Source: Ascidiella aspersa
Taxonomy: Eukaryota
Direction: 5' to 3'
Assembly: GCA_963924565.1 (NCBI GenBank)
Contig: OZ004613.1
Span: forward strand, 10,788,001-10,852,000
Length of the DNA: 64,000 nt
Made by a program: the position numbers and the translations under genes. Of this stretch, positions 13,598 through 26,355 are shown piece by piece (position 1 is the stretch's first letter; each line of letters begins with the position of its first letter). Below the pieces are notes generated by a model. That model was given only the letters and a program-made list of their open reading frames with translations. It was not told the origin of the DNA and made no database searches.

Positions 13598-13804
13598 GAC
13601 GCTGGTCTAGTACCACAGCGTTGAAACGATTCCTAAATCAAATCACAATATTTGGGTTAGGGTGCAGGTTAGCGTTTGGGTGTGGGTGGTTCAAGTATTA
13701 TTATTTAATAATATTGCTTAACCTCTTTAACCCAAACGCTAACCCGCACCCCAACCCACATACAGAAATATGCGTTGTGGTATAGGACACTATAGACCAG
13801 CGCC
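13598..13804. repeat. Palindromic element with telomere-like internal repeats (second copy 36377-36579)
   Basis: Termini cgctggtcta / tagaccagcg. The inner arms tgggttagggtgcaggttagcgtttggg and cccaaacgctaacccgcaccccaaccca are near-perfect reverse complements. Confidence 0.7.
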
Positions 13805-14017
13805 CGAATTTTAAAACGGTTGGCCATTAGTTTGCGCTTCTCCAGTAAGCCAGTCTGTCTTTCATACAAAATGCAACAGAATACACAAAGCAAGGTGGAA
13901 TATATCAGCTTCATATTTGACTTCAGCAAACCGACCCAGGAACTCATGCGCTCGGCTTTACACACTTCAACGAGGCAAACACACTTCAACGCAGCAACAG
14001 CTCTATCGATTATACGA

Positions 14018-14272
14018 TCAGACGAACTGCGACGACTGGTAGCCGGGCACCCTGCGCCTGCACTGCTGTACAGTAAAGGCCAGGGTAAGGTAGGCAATGA
14101 GCAGAATCAGCAGACTGGCGATCATGTCTTCCAGCAGAATGTCGTTTGGTGGCGAGCATCCCGAACTGAAGGCGCTGTGTCTACAAGGCGAAGTCCTGTT
14201 GCCTCCGCTGCTGCTGCTGGTAAACAGCGACAGGTTCAGTCCCACTATGAAGCCGCCGCCGCTGGACTCCAT
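14018..14272 (-). CDS. Candidate small single-pass membrane protein (84 aa), unknown family
   Basis: ATG in a caaaaATGG context with an in-frame TAA 7 codons upstream, inside a GC-rich island in AT-rich DNA. The Ser/Gly-rich N-terminus has N-glycosylation sequons NLS and NRT. A hydrophobic segment IASLLILLIAYLTLAFTV is followed by CRRR. ATTAAA on the - strand at 13704-13709. Confidence 0.6.
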   Translation of the reverse strand: MESSGGGFIVGLNLSLFTSSSSGGNRTSPCRHSAFSSGCSPPNDILLEDMIASLLILLIAYLTLAFTVQQCRRRVPGYQSSQFV

Positions 14273-17200
14273 TTTTGGTCCAACGAACCGTTAAAGACTT
14301 GATTGGTTGATGTGATGCGAGTTTGAACTTTTGAAACCTAGAATGAATCTTATTAAAGTTTTGGTAGGAACATATTAGGTGACGAAATATTTGTAATTTA
14401 TTTAGAAGGTTATATAAAGTCGGCTTTATCACTGTTTTACTGTTATGAAATACAGATTTCGAGTAATTCTGCGCTGTTCTTATTTATAATTTTGGGTACG
14501 ATAAAATTCGAATAAATTCAACGTGGAAAACTCAAAAAAGTCTCAACAAGTGAATGGCGATAAGTTATGGACAACAACTGAAACAAACCTTAAATTGTTT
14601 GAATGGAGAAAATGTGTCCAACGCAGTCCGATAAAAGTTGATTTGTTCGCCAATTTCTCAATTTGATAACTCAGTTGTTTGAAAAAAACAGCCTAAACAT
14701 TTTCTAAAAAGAAAGTAACATGTCAAATTTACAAAATTCGTAAAAACAACGTTGGTCCAAGCTTAAACTGCTTGGTAGTCTTGTGACGTGTATTGTGTTG
14801 TGTGTAAACGAAATACCTTTCTCATTTTATTAGAAGTAAAGTAATAAATTTCGAGTAATATGGCAATTTATTGATACCCATCGACCATCGTAAACCACCA
14901 CAATTGCTTTTTCTGTTTTGAACGAGGCATTACTTTTTTAAAATTAAATAACTCAGCCAACACTGTTAATCTTAAACACCAATCGTTTAAAAATAACGAC
15001 TGAAAATTAGATTAGCGGGACACCAGTTGAAATCCAATAGGAAAGGCACACATTGTTATTATTGGAAATAATTGCGATTTAGCATTGATTGCCGATAATG
15101 AGAATCAGCGCTATGCAAATCAAGCTACGCTGTCTAGATCAAATTGTCGTAGCATGCTATACATGAAATGTAATCCTGGTGCAAAACTTGTCTTTATTGT
15201 TTTGTGACGAATCTTTGAAGTTACACTAGATTATTTTTTTGTATAAAGTAAAGTTCGCCATGTAAGTTCTAAATTCTAAAGAAAAGTTCGAATGTGCTTC
15301 TCGGTTTGACGCTTTTAGGATTAAGTAACTTCAACTTATTTATTTCTAACATACGAGTACCCTATCACTTATATCAAACAATTTAAATACATTTTCGTTA
15401 GCAAAACACTTTTGCAAACAGAATCAAAATTTTCAATTTGCTTCTCATGACTAACTTTTTCTATTTGACGTTTATAACTAAAACTTCTCCTGTGTTCATT
15501 TTTGAACTACCATGTACCCACAAATACGGAAACCAGTTTGTTTAACATTGTTGAAAACAGATGTAAATATGTAACCAAATAAGTTTTGCGATAGACCTTG
15601 TTATACAAAAATGTAACCACGATAAGCTTTGAAGCAGGCCTTGTTATACATTCCAAAGGACTGTACTGTAGTTAGCTGCTTCGTACATCCCTGGCTGCTT
15701 TCTATATCCCTGTACACGTTTTACATAAACCTAGTTGCCCCCTATAACCATAGTTTGCTTCAAACTGCTGCCTGCAAAGTACAAAAGCACTCCGTCCCCT
15801 AAGACTGCATATGGTTAAGTGTGAGCCTTCTCGATTTAAAAGCTAACCGGTTGGCTGGCCGCGATCGACTGCTAGGAAGTCTGACACGCCTGCGATACCG
15901 ATTAAGCGACATATCTCGTACCGGTGCGAATCCCAATCGCGTGACCCAATTGGCGCAATGTAGGCCAAGCCAGCATCGTTCTTTCAGGCACGGCTTGGCG
16001 AGCGTTCGCCCAGGCTAAAGCGCAAGCACGACAGATGGACGAATTTTTGAGGAAGTGTTAATCACACTAGCGACACCGGCAAGGGCGGCTTCCATCTGCA
16101 TATCGATCATGCATCTGATCGGAGCCGGTCCCGCCGGAATTGCGGCACCGCTTTTTCCGTGTTTTTTTGCGAATCGGCGCCGTCAAGTGACACTCGGCTC
16201 GATTTATATTTTTGCATGGCGGCATATGGCCCAGTGGTCGGGCAATCGTACGCCTGGGTGTCGTGAGGTGTACAATACTTACAACGCGCCTTATGGTAGT
16301 AACCGCTCGTAAGGTGTGCAACCTGCTGAACAAATAAACTCACCTAATAGCCTTAAAATTTAGACAGAACCTTTTGCAACAAATGTTTGTTGCCTGTTGT
16401 TATTGTCCAGATATATTCTTTGGTACCGTTTTATAAACCATTGTGGTGATGAAACACCACATTACATTTCATCAAATACAGTGCCAAGTTATGTTTTTTG
16501 CATCGGCGAATAGTTAAGGGATGTACAAAACAAACACGCTAGACCTGAGCGATCGTTTTAACGTAAAAATATCATGTAAACGTAATAGTTATAACCTTTT
16601 CTTTGACAATTTGAAATTATGAACTAGTTCGACTTTTTTGTGTGAAGCAACTCCTAAATACATTTTGACGAAAGTAGCAACACATCAAATTTTAGCGGAC
16701 TGTGTCGGACACAATTTTATTCATCCAAACAATCTAAAATTAAACAATGTATTTCTGTGTGGGGTTTTGTCCGCTTTAATCCTCCATTTGTTGGCCTATG
16801 TTTAATATGGTGTTTCTATTCACCCCCTTTAAACTTAACAAACTAAGTTAAAAGTTTACCTGCACCAAAGTAAACTCCTTCTTTTAAAATCACGTTATGC
16901 TCCGTGGTCTACAAGCCCCGTATATCGTGTAAACGTTATAGTTACCACCTTTTCGTTGACAATTTACAATTATGCACTTGTAGTTCGAATTTTCCGTTTG
17001 AAACAACCCCTAAATTAGTGTTTGTGCGAGGCGACACTGTAATACTTTAAAATCTCCAAAAACTATGTTATGCCCCAAGGTCTAGAATGCCCCGTATTCT
17101 AACCAAAGCGATCCTCTGACCTCTATTTTTCGGTGATGAGTAATGTTAGCGACGTCGACGTGATCATGTTTGCATCGATTTTTTAAGTGTTGGGCCGCAG

Positions 17201-17744
17201 TTGTTAACGTAGGGTCACAACAATTGTTTAATAAAGGATATCCACAGGTACTGCGTACATGGCTATAATTAAACTATAGTTCGACTTACGTAAGCTTTGG
17301 GTTTAAATTTGTTTATAGCATTTTCACTTGAGGTTCTTGCCTGGGTAATGTTTTGTTCAGTAAATGTTTATACTCAATTTTAAACTTTAAATACCTGTAA
17401 AAATATAGGTTTGGTAAACTTTTAACTTTGGCCTATTTATTTGTTTATTTACGTCTCCCGCTTTGTTTCTGTCACTGTCCCTGATTGTGAAAACCTTTGC
17501 AATTTATTTATGACCGACGTTTACTATAACTCCATGGTTCTTCAACTGCCCAAACACCACATGGCCGCATTTTGTATGTCTAATTTTTTAACATAGGTAT
17601 GGAAATGTAAGGAGCATTATTTGTTTGTCAAAACGATAGGTTCTACAGTGTGATGTTCTATCCTAAAAATTACGTAGAAACCATTTATTTAATAAAAGCA
17701 TTTTGTGTTGGTGTTACCAGTCAAATTATAGTGGTGATCTAAAC

Positions 17745-17990
17745 CAGAGCTTCTTAAACTTTTTTAGTTTTGTTCACCCCTAGCTTCCATCTCCGGATTT
17801 CATTCACCTTTGTCTCATGATATGATAAAACTATCTCGTCTATATATAAAACCACCCGACATATCCGCCCGGCTCGCAAGCTATAATCCATTTCTAACGG
17901 TTCACCCTTATTCACCCCTTTTGGTTGGTTCACTCCCGCAAAAATTTAATTCATCTTGGGGTGAACCATTCACCTGATTAAGAAACACTG
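17745..17990. mobile_element. hAT-type MITE
   Basis: TIRs cagagcttcttaa / ttaagaaacactg, internal ttcaccc repeats, TSD ATCTAAAC/ATCTTAAC. Confidence 0.75.
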
Positions 17991-18623
17991 ATCTTAACAT
18001 TCCGCAGTGTTTTGATAGTCGTTTGCGTGAGCAAAATTTATCTTTAAATACGTCTCGCTTACAGTTATTGCTAATCATTAACCGAAGGGTTGCCCTTACC
18101 TGATTATCTACGTTGCTTGCTCGGGGGTAGTTTGTGACTTTGCTGATTGGCAGTGCGTGTTTTCAAAAAAAGTCTTGTAAGTTTCTCCAGTTGATGTTGT
18201 ACAGATACACTGCGACTTTGCAGTTTATTTACGTTTCCATAGTTTGACCTTACATTAACAACGTTGTACGTTGTTAAAATATGACTAAACTACTAAATCC
18301 ATGTAGACAGGGTGATTATGCCTAGTCGTTAAATCAGAAAATATGTTTTATGATGATTTTAACTGCAATTGCCAAAAGTATTTTCAACCAATGACGTTTA
18401 TAAATAAATTTAGAGTTTCCGCAAGTTACTAACAACTTATAAAGGGAAATGATAAGCGTGACTTAGACAGGTAGGCTACTTTAACTTTGTTTGACTCCAT
18501 AAAGTGTGCAAGGGGTAAAATTATCCAGGTGCGGCATCGGCCCAAACAGACATCTTGGTAGTTTTTGATGTATATCATGCCGCTTTGAAATTTGCGCAGG
18601 AATTTCGTCATTTATAAAAGAAT

Positions 18624-21600
18624 ATGGAGTATTATCTAAGTGCAGTCGGTGTCGGGTTAATTTCGATTTTGGTACTTCTCCGTATCTACCTAAAAAGCAC
18701 TTGGATATGCTTTGACGAAAACGTGGACTTGACTGGGAAGACTGTGATAGTCACCGGCGCTAATGGAGGTAAAGCATTAAATATTTTGAAATGATTGTAA
18801 CGATAGGAAGTAGTTTTCTTTATCCTACCACACTGCGTTGCCCAACATGACGTCACTATACACGTGACCGGTGTCCACTGAGGTGTGACCAACGCCTAAG
18901 CTAATGGGAATGGCGTTCCGCGACTTCATACTATACTTTATGATATACGACTGGATACAGCTTAATACCTACCGCGTGTTATGTTATCGTGTATGCTGAG
19001 ATTTGTAAATAACGTCAACGAGCAAAATGTCATCTGAGCGAAGTGACTCTGTCTAGATTATAACGTTCAAGAAGTTTAAAACAGGTGTTTTAGCGACCTG
19101 TTTTACTTATCCTCACCTATACCCCCAACGCTAAAGTGATAAAATGGAATTTATCTTGAAAACGTTGACAATTTGTTAGAAATTTAAATATATATTTTTA
19201 TTAATCAGACTTGGACTATGACCAGGGCTGTGGGCGTCCGTTAAAAAAGGCAGTTTCCGACTGAGTTAAGAAACAAAACCGATTTTGACCCCGGGTTAGA
19301 ACATAAAGTCGAGTCCCGAGTCCAACTCCAGCTAAATAAATCGACTCAGCTGATTACCGATTCTAGCCGATTTTTACAGTCCTTTAATTAAGTCGTGAGG
19401 TATCATATGTCTCATAAACCCACAAAACGCAGCTGAAAAATATTTCACCGTATTCTACTCTACTTATAGCCTACGATTTACCGGTTCCGAAGCTGCTACT
19501 GCGCATTTGCACATCGAACTACCCAGCGTCCCGAGCCCCATAATATATCCTTATTATCAAACGAGCAAACCTCTTTGGAAGTTTTTTAGAAATTTCGAAC
19601 ATCCTACTAAACCAATAAGCCGTACTATTTGCGACCCCCAGAAGTTAACATAAAAGGTTTTAGGGTAGTTGTGTGGCATTTGAGTATTGTGTATAATGTT
19701 CGAAAGTGCTCGTTGTGTGAGTGATTTCTGTGGTATACTCATATAAATTTTGTTCTCAGCAATATACCGTTATTATTGAATTAGCCATTTACTGTTAGAC
19801 AATATATTAAAATAGCCTATATTACTTAGTTATTTGACGTAGGCCTAATCCCAATTCGGGGTGATTTCTTTTATAACTCGGGGTACCAATAGAAGTGGTA
19901 TACAACTGCAGTATTTTCAGGTTTGGGCAAGTGCCTGGCAACAGAGTTGGCTAAGCGGAACGCTCGGGTTATTCTTGCGTGTCGCTCGGCAGCTAGGGCG
20001 GAGGCTGCCCGTCGGGATATCTTGGCGGCGTCAGGCCGCAGCGAGCAGCAAGTGCTGGTTAAACTACTGGATTTGAGCTCCCTGGACTCGGTCAGGGAGT
20101 TTGCCAACCAGGTCGTCAACACTGAAGAACGGTACGCAAAATGCAGGCCCGCTCCGTGAACCTTAATTTTATTGCTGTGTATCTGGTGTAAAGAATTTTT
20201 TTCGACGTATTTAGGGGTGTTCGATACTGATACCCAATATGTTGAACAAAAAGTAGCCAGAACCGTTCCGATACTAAATAAAGTCATAATAATGCTGCAT
20301 CAAGTAATTATATGAAAGTAAAACCTCCAAACTAACTCTTTTCTAATTTGTTAACCCCTAAATTGCCCTAACCTAGCGAACCTCCAGTTATTAGGACACT
20401 ATATTGTTCGATTAACTCACCTTTTCAGGTAGAAAATTTTCGTTGGGCGCAAATTATGACCTAGATTCCTATATTAATTTGCTATCGGACGAGTACCGTT
20501 ACTACAACTTGGCATCGGGTATCGGCTTTGATCCGATTTTATCGTGCATCCCTAAGCGTTTTTATGATTTGATGGTCGCTCATATAACATTTGTATACAT
20601 GACTCTATGTATGGACGATATAAGCTGACGACCAGCAAACAGTAATAGTTATGACACATTTTTTGAAACCATAATTTTTTAGAGGAATCAGGTGGCACTG
20701 TATAAAGACAAATTGCATAACTTTTTAGTTTTTGGTAAGAGTGCATCAAGCGCTTACATACCTAAATTTGGCCGCGAAACCCCATTTGTTGTATTTGACC
20801 TTTTTTTGAGTTTCTCATACATTGGTATGAAAGCACATAAAGGCCCAACAGCCACACTGATACTCAATCCCGGTGTAAGTTGTTTGGTAGGCAGAACATA
20901 TTTGCATCCCGAATAAACCATCTTTATTTATGAGCATTTGCCGGTCGATAACAATTGCCTTGGCGAAACGTGTTACGACAATTTTTTTTCTTCGTTATAT
21001 AGGTTGGACATTCTAGTTAACAATGCTTGCATCTCGGGTTATGACGTCACTAAGACGAAGGACAATTTAGAGATGACGTACCAGACGAATCATTTCGGAC
21101 CTTTTCTTCTCACACTGCTTTTGCTGGGTAATTTTTATGGAGATTTAGTGTCGTTGATTCTTCTCGGTACTGGCACACCTATAAATGATGGACTGCTCTC
21201 GCCTTTTTTATAATACTTTTTTAGCATAAGTTTGATTAGGAGATAAATAGTCATGTGTTGTCACTACAGTTGTCGTACCATAAACTTCCTGTGTCGATAA
21301 ATAGGCTATACAAAGTTCTTTGAGATTCAGCAATCATTACGGTAGATCGTTGAACAGCGTATCCTATATGATCAGAAAAGGTTCTATGGTCTTAAATGGA
21401 TCCTGTAGCCTTATAACGTTTGTCCACGGAAAATGAAACTAATGCGTTATTTGTATTTGGTTTATACTATAGTATTGCTTATCATCATAGACATGCCCTT
21501 GTGGTTAACTGAAACGTCTGGCTTGTAAGGTATGAGGCGAACTATATAGTCTTTTCTGGCTTTTATTAACGACCAATACATTTCAGACCTTTTAAAGCAA

Positions 21601-23195
21601 TCCGGACCGGGATCGCGCATTGTTAACGTCGGCTCTTTCTCAAACACCATGGCCTCACTGCACCTTGACTACGTCGACCCGGATTCGGTGGAATTGTTTT
21701 TCAGTAAGAAGATGCAGAAAAGCCGGATTAAGATAAAAGCAAAAGTAAAGCTCTACCACAACTCAAAGCTCATGAACATCATGTTTACGTTTGAATTGGC
21801 CAGAAGGTATATAGCTTACTTGTTTTTCTTTTCAAGTTGGAGTAGCAATTATTGTCGGGTTGACATTATATTTGTTCAATCCTAAATCATTTGTTTAAGG
21901 TAATGGATTCAAGGCAAACAAGCGCAAATTTATAAAATTTTTGATAATTTTCATATTTGTTATATAGGTTCGTTTTGTTTCTATTTTGCATTTACTAATT
22001 TAATACCTTAATTACTCATATACTGTATTAAGTGTAGGCTACCACAGTCTTGCAAAGTAAGGAATCTAATAGGGTTAATCCCGCCCTGCATATGCGTTTT
22101 GTTTTTTGATGCAAAGTTTTATAATCACGTGCAGCATCTTCCAGTTAAAACTTGTGTGCAATGAACTCATCAAACATTAAAAATACTGCGATCGTCGAGT
22201 GATATTTTAACGTTTTTCGTCCAACATTATTTCAGACTTGAAGAGAGCGGAATCACGGTAAATTGCGTTCAACCTGGGATTGTGCGCACACCTTTGATAG
22301 CGTCCGATAAAAGACCTTCAGTCCTGTTTTTCATGATGTTTATGCTCATCTTATCTAAGGTAATATACCCTTAAAACTACTATTGGGACACCAGTGTTAA
22401 GTTGACTCAAGTCAATGACTTGTTATTGCTCATAATCGGTCGTTTATCAGTTATTTTAGTTTAACGTTTTATTTTTATGACAAGGGCTTGACTTGAAGTT
22501 GACTTACTCTAATTAAAACTTGACGTTGACTTGGCTTGTTATTTATTCTAAAAGACTTGACTTGAAGTTACTTTACTGTGACTTAAGTCATTTTTGAATG
22601 ACTTGTTAACAACACTTGGGTCACACGAGGGCCAAGCATTATCATAGATATGAAAAAACTTTTCCGAAGCATCATGATATATATGAAAAAAATACCAGTT
22701 GCTTTGGTACGATTTTAATTAAACAAAACGCAATTGTTTTCGAAGGCTAGAATTTCAGTGTGACATTCGCAACTTAGTTCGATCTGAACAAGATTTTTCG
22801 GAGCTTCTTGTTTTATGACATCACGCTATGACGTAACTTCCTGACGCCATCTCACCATCTCTAAATTCCCATAGTACCCTACCTATAACTAAAATTCTAG
22901 ATTTCGCCTGTTTAGTAGGCTAATAATTACTAGGCCTACTCGAAGAAATCAAGCAGCTTTCAATTGCTTTCCTATCTTCTCTTATTAGAGCACTGACGAA
23001 GGAGTCCAACCCTTACTGCATTGTGCTCTTTCTCGATCTTTGGAAAAGGTGTCCGGCAAGTTTTTAAGCAACGGCAAGTCTGAAAAAAAATACCACGTGA
23101 TGGCGAACGACACAGAAGCCTGTCTTAAGCTTTGGCAAATCAGCGAAAAGGCAACAGGAATAAGTTTCGGATCTGTCCCAAAAATTGAAAATTAA
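18624..23195 (+). CDS. Retinol dehydrogenase 11/12/13/14-like short-chain dehydrogenase/reductase, 343 aa, 6 coding exons
   Basis: Exons 18624-18768, 19921-20131, 21003-21127, 21587-21806, 22236-22359, 22989-23195 (1032 nt, in frame, all GT-AG). Motifs: N-terminal membrane anchor, GKTVIVTGANGGLG (TGxxxGxG), ARVILACRS, LDLSSLDSVREFA, LDILVNNA, NHFGPFLLT, RIVNVGS, catalytic YHNSK, VNCVQPG, LWQISE. AATAAA near 23593 and 23630. Confidence 0.95.
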
Positions 23196-26100
23196 GTCTG
23201 TTGCACATTGTTTAACGATTTGGAAAGTTCAACATACCATGTTAAAGACTTAAAATATCCTCTGGCTGCACTATACTAGAACGATCTGAGAACTTTTGAA
23301 CAGTAGCATAATGTGTATACGATGAGTTACGTTTAATTTCAGGCTCGTGTAATTAACATTATTAGTTTTTTTTTGCCGTTAAACCTATGTTCAATCGAAT
23401 GCATGTAAATGTAAATTTCGTGTTGTCCAACTGTGAAATGCTATTCGATTTTTCAAACCATCTCTTTATGCTAACCTATATAGCGCATCTGTGTCTGACT
23501 GGTATTTTATGCACTTGTTTGTATTAGAGTCTACTGCTCCGTTAATTTTTCTTTAAGCTAAAACATGTTCAGTCGCTACTGGTTTATTGTAAAATAAATT
23601 AAAATGTTTCACCCCGCTTTTGGTATTTCAATAAAGTAGCCTACAGGTAGAGTCTTCTAAAGATTGTGTAATCAATTTGAGGGCGTCTGCAGGCGTGGAT
23701 TTCGGGCCTTTCTTTCGGGGAGCCATGTTTACGAGGTTACGTCAAAACGTGACGTCATGAACAAGGAATCTTAACATAACATAGTTCGATTATTTTGTTA
23801 ATTTTTTGCGTTGTAGAAGTTATAGGCTATTAATTTCTAAACAAAAGTTACATTACCAAGATGTTATCGGTTAGCGTAAAGCGAAAAAAATGTCTGTATA
23901 AAGTTTTTAAATGCCAAAACTTTTACTTAGAAGGTCGATGATAGATGCATGCCGCCTTTGGACTAAAACGATTTTAGAAAAAACAGGCTTAAACAGAGGC
24001 CTACTAAAACATCATTGAAATGCGCGTGGAACGCGAAAAACTTTGCATTTACCTATAGTTGCAAAACATTCAGTTTTGTGGAATGGTAAAACGACGCATG
24101 GGGCCTTTCGTCTAAAACGATTTTACGAACTTAGGCTAAGTCTTAGCCGACCAGAAGCATTATTGAGATTCTCATTGAGCAGAAATTTTATTTACATTTA
24201 CGTAGCTTAAATAGGCAAAAATTAGGCTACAGTTTGGTGGTTATGGCCAATTAACCCTACGGACCAGGCCCTGGTGCCAGAGATTATGACAAATAGTTTA
24301 TTTTATTTGTTGTACGGATGCAATTAGTTGTTTTTTAGAAAACATATGCACGGCCGCAAAAGTTATTATATAAAACACTTGAACGTTAGCCTATGTATCT
24401 TGAAGTAAACATTTTTAATAGTGTATTCGAAAATTCCCTGTCTGACATTTTATGCTTTTTAAGAGTAAATTTAAAGTTATTGACACGTTGTTGCCTTAGA
24501 AAAATTTGTTTTAAACTCTTTGACCGTTCGTTAGTCAAGATCTTGAAACTGGTAGGCTAAATCGTTTTCCGTTACGTGCCAGTAGAGAGTTTCTTAACGT
24601 TTCCAAGCTAGAGCGAAGAGAGAAAAACGCTGGCTTTTCAATTGCGTGGCCTAAACACCGACAGACGCCTGCCCAGAAGTTTACAGTTTCGAGTTCCCAT
24701 CCTTTTATATGTATGGAAGGTGAAAACGTTACCAACACAATGCCCAACCTGGCAGGTGATAGCCTAGGTAGCTAGACGTAAGACAGCCTATTCTATCTAG
24801 CGAATGTGCCTGTCTGGTGAGTGACAGTCTGTCGCGTTAGCAAAGTGTCAAAACGGTTTCCTTGCCGTTCCCAGCGACCTGTTATTGCATAAATGCGTTA
24901 ATGCAGGATTAACCGGCGATTTTCGCGAGATCAGTACTTGCTTATCCGATTTCAGCGCGTCAGTAAACGAAAACGAATTTTGTTTACAATTGCTCCACTT
25001 GGCTTAATGAAGGCCTATGTTTATGGAATTGAGTTTGGCCAGACAGAAATTACAGCGTTTAGCCTGTCTTCTTCGTAGGTTTAGCCCCAAGGCGAAATAT
25101 GGTGCAAAACATATCAATGACAACGTTATTACGATTCGTTGTGTATGGCTATCTTTGGCTGCGTTTAAGCTATATTTCTTTTTGTATGTTTATGCTTTAT
25201 ATCTATTGGACTCCTTGGCAATCATCGTTGGCAAAACATTACTTTCTGAACTCCGTTGTCTGAGGGACTAAGACTAAGGCAGTATCATCTTCTCATGTTT
25301 AAGCAACTTGGCTGGTAGAGTAAGATTAGTGTCAGTGCAGGTTTTATTGGAGATTGTTAGGTCTATAACTAAATATTGACATTATTTTAAGTAAGGTATA
25401 CCTTTTAACCAGTGATTCTCAGAATTTTAGCTTGAGGCACAGCAAAGAAATCTGAAATATTCACAGGACACTTCAAGAAAACGAACAATTTCATATTTTT
25501 GACAATTTGCCTTAGATAGATGACAGGGCAATAGTAAATCTTATTATAATATTCTCATCTGATGTATTAAGTCTTGCATGCCTAATTGTAATTAAAATAG
25601 GTGATTTTCCAAAATTTGCTTACAATTTATGATGCACAATAAAGGTTTTGTTGTTTTGAAAATCTTGTCACATGCCTTTACAATTGGTTATTGAAATCGC
25701 TTAAATCAAATATGTCAGCATTCTACCAACCTTGCAGACATGTTTGCTTTTACTTCACATATTTAAAAAAGGTACCTTTGAGGTAAAATCATGGAAAAGC
25801 TTTTCTCTGGAAATTAAGAGCACCCGCTCAAGATCTTGTCGAAATCCGCCAAACAGTCTTAATGTGCTAAAAAACGTCTTATTAATTTGCATTGTGTTTT
25901 GTTCGCGTTTCAGGTGGTTAAAAAATGACCAAAGCATTCATTTCTTTTTTTTGACTTTAGAACTTTATTGATTTTAGTCTTGCAATTGTCGAATCTCCTC
26001 GATCGTACACTGTATTTGCTAGTGTGTTGCTTATTTAAGTCCCATATACATCTGTGTTCAAGGTTTTGACATGTACCAAACTGCTCTAGTTACCAAATAT

Positions 26101-26355
26101 GTTATGCTTTGTTCCTAATTTTGACATTGTGTATTATCTGCATCTATTTGTCTAGAAATGTTTTGCTGGGTTTGAAAACATTTCTGTCTACTTTTAGGTT
26201 ATAACTCTGGATCCCATAAGACCTTCTTACAAATTGTAAATTTGTTGCAAAATGATTTTGTAAAAGATATAGATGTTTATTTGTGAGTGTGACAAAAAAA
26301 GTGATGCAAGAACCCAGCAACAATAAACTTGCCCAAAAATAACAAGCTATCTATT

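Noticed and set aside
13820-14302. 160-aa and 65-aa + strand ORFs (13820-14302, 14097-14294)
   Set aside because: No recognisable motifs; best explained as antisense shadows of the GC-rich - strand ORF. Not strictly excluded without stranded data.
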